From Chromera velia (taxonomy: Eukaryota): DNA of 47,064 nucleotides. Below the pieces are notes generated by a model. The model did no database searches, was not told the origin of the DNA, and worked only from the letters and a program-made list of their open reading frames with translations. Where the stretch lies: NCBI GenBank assembly GCA_018398765.1, contig JAHBMJ010000523.1, positions 1 through 47,064 of the forward strand. The letters are read 5' to 3'. Below, in pieces: positions 43,876 to 47,064 of the stretch. Each line of letters opens with the position of its first letter. Positions within the stretch are counted from its first letter, which is position 1. A program made the translations under genes and the position numbers.

Positions 43876-46569
43876 CGTGCGTGCATAGACTCGAGGGCGT
43901 GTCTGTTTGTGCCTGTGGTTGCATGTGTGAGGAGAAGGAAGGTCCCACTTTCTGGCTGGTTACACTGTGGGGTGGCCGTTCCCTCCAGGTAGGCAGGCAG
44001 GCAGGCAGGCGTGTGTGTGTGTGAGAGAGCAGAGCCCAGGCCCAAAGAGGGTCTTGAAAGCGGAAAGTAGGGTCTGTCTGGACATACAGAGACAAACAGA
44101 ACCTATGTCACGGAGAAAGAGAGAAGATAGACTGCTTGCTGATCGCGATGGGTGAACACAAGCAAATGGAACGACCAAACGAAGAAGATTGGTTCTGAGG
44201 ATCAAGGACGGAAAGAAAGTCACGGATGGAGACGAAAAAGTCAAGAAAAAGCGGCATGAAAATGTCAGACCTACCTGATCTTTCTGACAGGAAATGCATG
44301 AATCAATGAATGAAGACAGAAATGAATGAATGAATGAATGAATGCGGGGTGGTCATGGAGATCGACCTACCAGCAGGCAGGCAGGCAGGCACTTCGCTTG
44401 AAACAGGAGGTTATTGTATCGTCTTCTGATTCTTCCTCGCTCTTCCTTGGCTTCCTTATCGTCTTCGCATTCTCTGCCTTGACAGACCTCCTCCCCTCCC
44501 CTCCCCTCACTTCTTTTCCTTCCTTCCTTCTCTTCATGAGCTCTTTTTTCTGTCTGTCGTCTACTCATGACCACTCGAACCTTGGACTTCGATCATCGAT
44601 CGCGGCACTCTCCATGGATTCTTCCTTTTCCTCCTTCCCCCCTCTTCATTTTTCTGGAGTCTGTCTGACCGACCTGGGGAGGTCGAGTCGTTCAGGCGGA
44701 GACAGAAACTAACTAACTAACTAACTAAAAGGAGGGAGGAGTAATGGTAGGATGGATCGATTTGTCTGGAGGGTTGGTTCACAAACGTATGCCTGTTTTG
44801 TGTGTTCGACTTCTTCGACTTTTCAACAGGTTTTTTTGTTCGATTTGTTCGCCGTATGCTCGATGGTGTTTGCACTTCTTTTTCTTGTTCTTTTAATTTC
44901 CGAAATCGGAAACTGCTGGTTTCATTTCGTGCCCCCTGGTCTGAGAATTCACAGAAACAACAAATGAATAACCCGCATGCACTTTTCTTCTTTCTTTGTG
45001 TTCGCAGCACGCTTCTTTTCGTGTGTTCTCTGTACAGCACCTTTTCTCTTTTCCTTCTGCTCTTCAGTTCTTTTCATCATCTTTACTTCCGTTGAGCCAA
45101 ACGAAAGAAAAGTTTTCGTACTGAACATGATAGCGAGAGATCTGCTTTGAAGAACCTTCGGACAAAGAAAAAAGCTTCGGACGAAGAAGTTTTCTGGAGT
45201 TTATTTATTCACTCACTGACAGCACGAGCGTTTCAACAGTTGGTCACTGACACCCTGATTGAAAGAGGGAGGGGCTTATTGCCTCTGCTCACTTTATCCC
45301 TGCGCTGCACTGCAGTTCGGCTGCAACGGAAAGGGAAGAATTAGAAAAAAGAATTCATTTCTGGAATTCAAACAAACAAAAAAGTGATGGACGACCCTCA
45401 GGAAAAAGGAAAATGGGAGAGACCATCGATGGGCTTTGGGGGGCCGACAGTTTAATTTGAGTCCGTCAGCGCACGGGAGGGAGACTCACTGCATGCGGGC
45501 AACAAAAACGCAGCAAACGAAGAATGATGGTTAATAAGAAGGAGAAGAAACGATGAAACAACAGACTGACTGTGTTCAGCAGAGTTACGGGGTTTGCATG
45601 GCCTCCTTTTCTTTCATTCTGTGTTGTACTGTGGAGTGAGTGAGGGTGTTGTTGTGTATTCCAGCCAGACCGTGAGCAGGGTTGACAGAGGCACCTACAC
45701 AGACTGCTTTCTTTCTACCTTCACGGCATCCTTTTTTCGTAGCTTGCCTCTTTGATTTCTTTCTGATATCTTGACCCTCTTCATTTCAATTTGCTTGGTG
45801 GTTGGCGTACTGGACACTCACTCGATCTTCGATCCTCCCTTGTTCCTTTCTCCATTCATTCGTCTGTCAGAGACTCCCCACGGCTTTCTGAAGCTTCTTC
45901 CCCTTGATTCCTCCTTGTCCGATTTCTCCTTTTCTTCATATGTTTCTTTCATTCTTTGTGTTTCTTCTATCCTTTTCTTCAGTATTCTAGCTCGGCAAGG
46001 GTGGGCGGGCGGATATCTACCTAGATCAAAGAGAGAAAGAAGGATGAACACAAAAACACCAAGCCGCAAGAGGGACCGAAAGGTTGGGAAGGGAAAAGCT
46101 GAATTAAAGCCATTCATGCATGCATGGCATGGATGGATGGCTGGAGGATGCATGCAAGCGGTCGAATGAACGTCGAGGGCCTCAAAGAAAAAAAGAAGGA
46201 AGGAAGGAAGGAGAGAGCAACGCCGTGGGTTGAGGTGGAGAGAGGCGAAGATACAGAGAGACTGCATGACTCACGAGTCACGGTTAGAGGAGAGAAAGCA
46301 CCGCTTTGCATCCCTGTCTGTCTGTTTCAATCCGAGAGGAAGAACTGGAGAGAAGACAGCTTGCCAGAGAAAGTGAGAAATGGAGGAAGGGAAAAGGTCC
46401 TTCTCTCTTCTCGTTCTCTGCGTGCATGTGGAGAAAATTCTTTCAGACAGAATGTCGTGGCTTGAGCGTTCCGCGCACGGGCGGGTGTTGCTGCTGCATG
46501 TGTGTACGTGTCTGTGCTGCTGGTTGGGTGCCTGCAAGTGCGCGCGTGGATGTGCGCGTGAGTGTGTGC

Positions 46570-46605
<36 letters not shown>

Positions 46606-46968
46606 CTGCCTGCCTGTTTGCATGTGTGTGTGCACATGTGAGTGCGCGCCTGAGTGCGTGCGCGCGGGAGCGTGCGTTCCACTACGGACGCGAAGGGGGC
46701 ACCGATTGTTTTGACAAGCGGGACACCTTTCATCTTATGCGGATTTGGCCGGCTGTGGCTGAAATCTGCATAATAACACTTCGGGAGTATGAGCATGTGG
46801 ACATCTCTTCCTTTGAGCAAATGATGATGTATCTAGACTGTAGACTAGACATTATACTAAGCCTAATTAAGATATACTGAGGTATAACTTGAATACCTTA
46901 GTCCCTCTGACATACATCTAATTATATGTAATGGTTCGAGGAAGTAAACGGGGTATAGCCCTACTGAT

Positions 46969-47010
46969 GAGGTATTAAGGGTCAGAGAGGAGGTATTAAG
47001 GGTCAGAGAG
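46969..47010 (+). repeat. Perfect 21-bp tandem duplication (GAGGTATTAAGGGTCAGAGAG x2) at the edge of another TpA-rich tract
   Basis: Directly visible: 46969-46989 and 46990-47010. Confidence 0.9.
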
Positions 47011-47064
47011 AAGAGGCGCGGCGCGCGCAGCATCATACCAGTCTAAATCGATCCGCGCATGCCA

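Noticed and set aside
43400..46800. Possible further spliced gene downstream of NRT2 (purine-rich minus-strand stretches near 44390-44680 and 45820-45990)
   Set aside because: I could not assemble a phase-consistent, motif-bearing exon chain.
46964..47020. CTGATGAG hammerhead-like core
   Set aside because: No stem II followed by GAAA downstream.

Overview
Eukaryotic, intron-rich genomic DNA with microsatellite-laden introns. A CDPK5-type kinase, an HPR/RAP-like protein and an NRT2 nitrate transporter together point to a chromerid (free-living relative of apicomplexans, Chromera velia-like); this is inference. I reconstructed seven protein genes in strictly alternating orientation: (1) a 5'-truncated RING-finger/ankyrin-repeat protein (+); (2) a vWA-domain alpha-kinase (-) with an apparent +1 frameshift and no zinc-finger ligands; (3) an intronless 826-aa low-complexity protein with SILK and RVxF motifs (+); (4) a long helical-repeat/RAP-like protein (-); (5) a 9-exon CDPK5-like kinase (+); (6) a 6-exon, 228-aa claudin-like tetraspan protein (-) that is invisible in the ORF track; (7) an NRT2 transporter (+). 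The tail-to-tail intervals hold a 5'-truncated non-LTR retrotransposon, two copies of a ~390-bp MITE-like element and AT/TpA-rich islands that look like C-to-T hypermutated repeats. Most predicted 5' splice sites have an atypical C at +3. All exon models are manual GT-AG/phase reconstructions and were not checked against transcripts.
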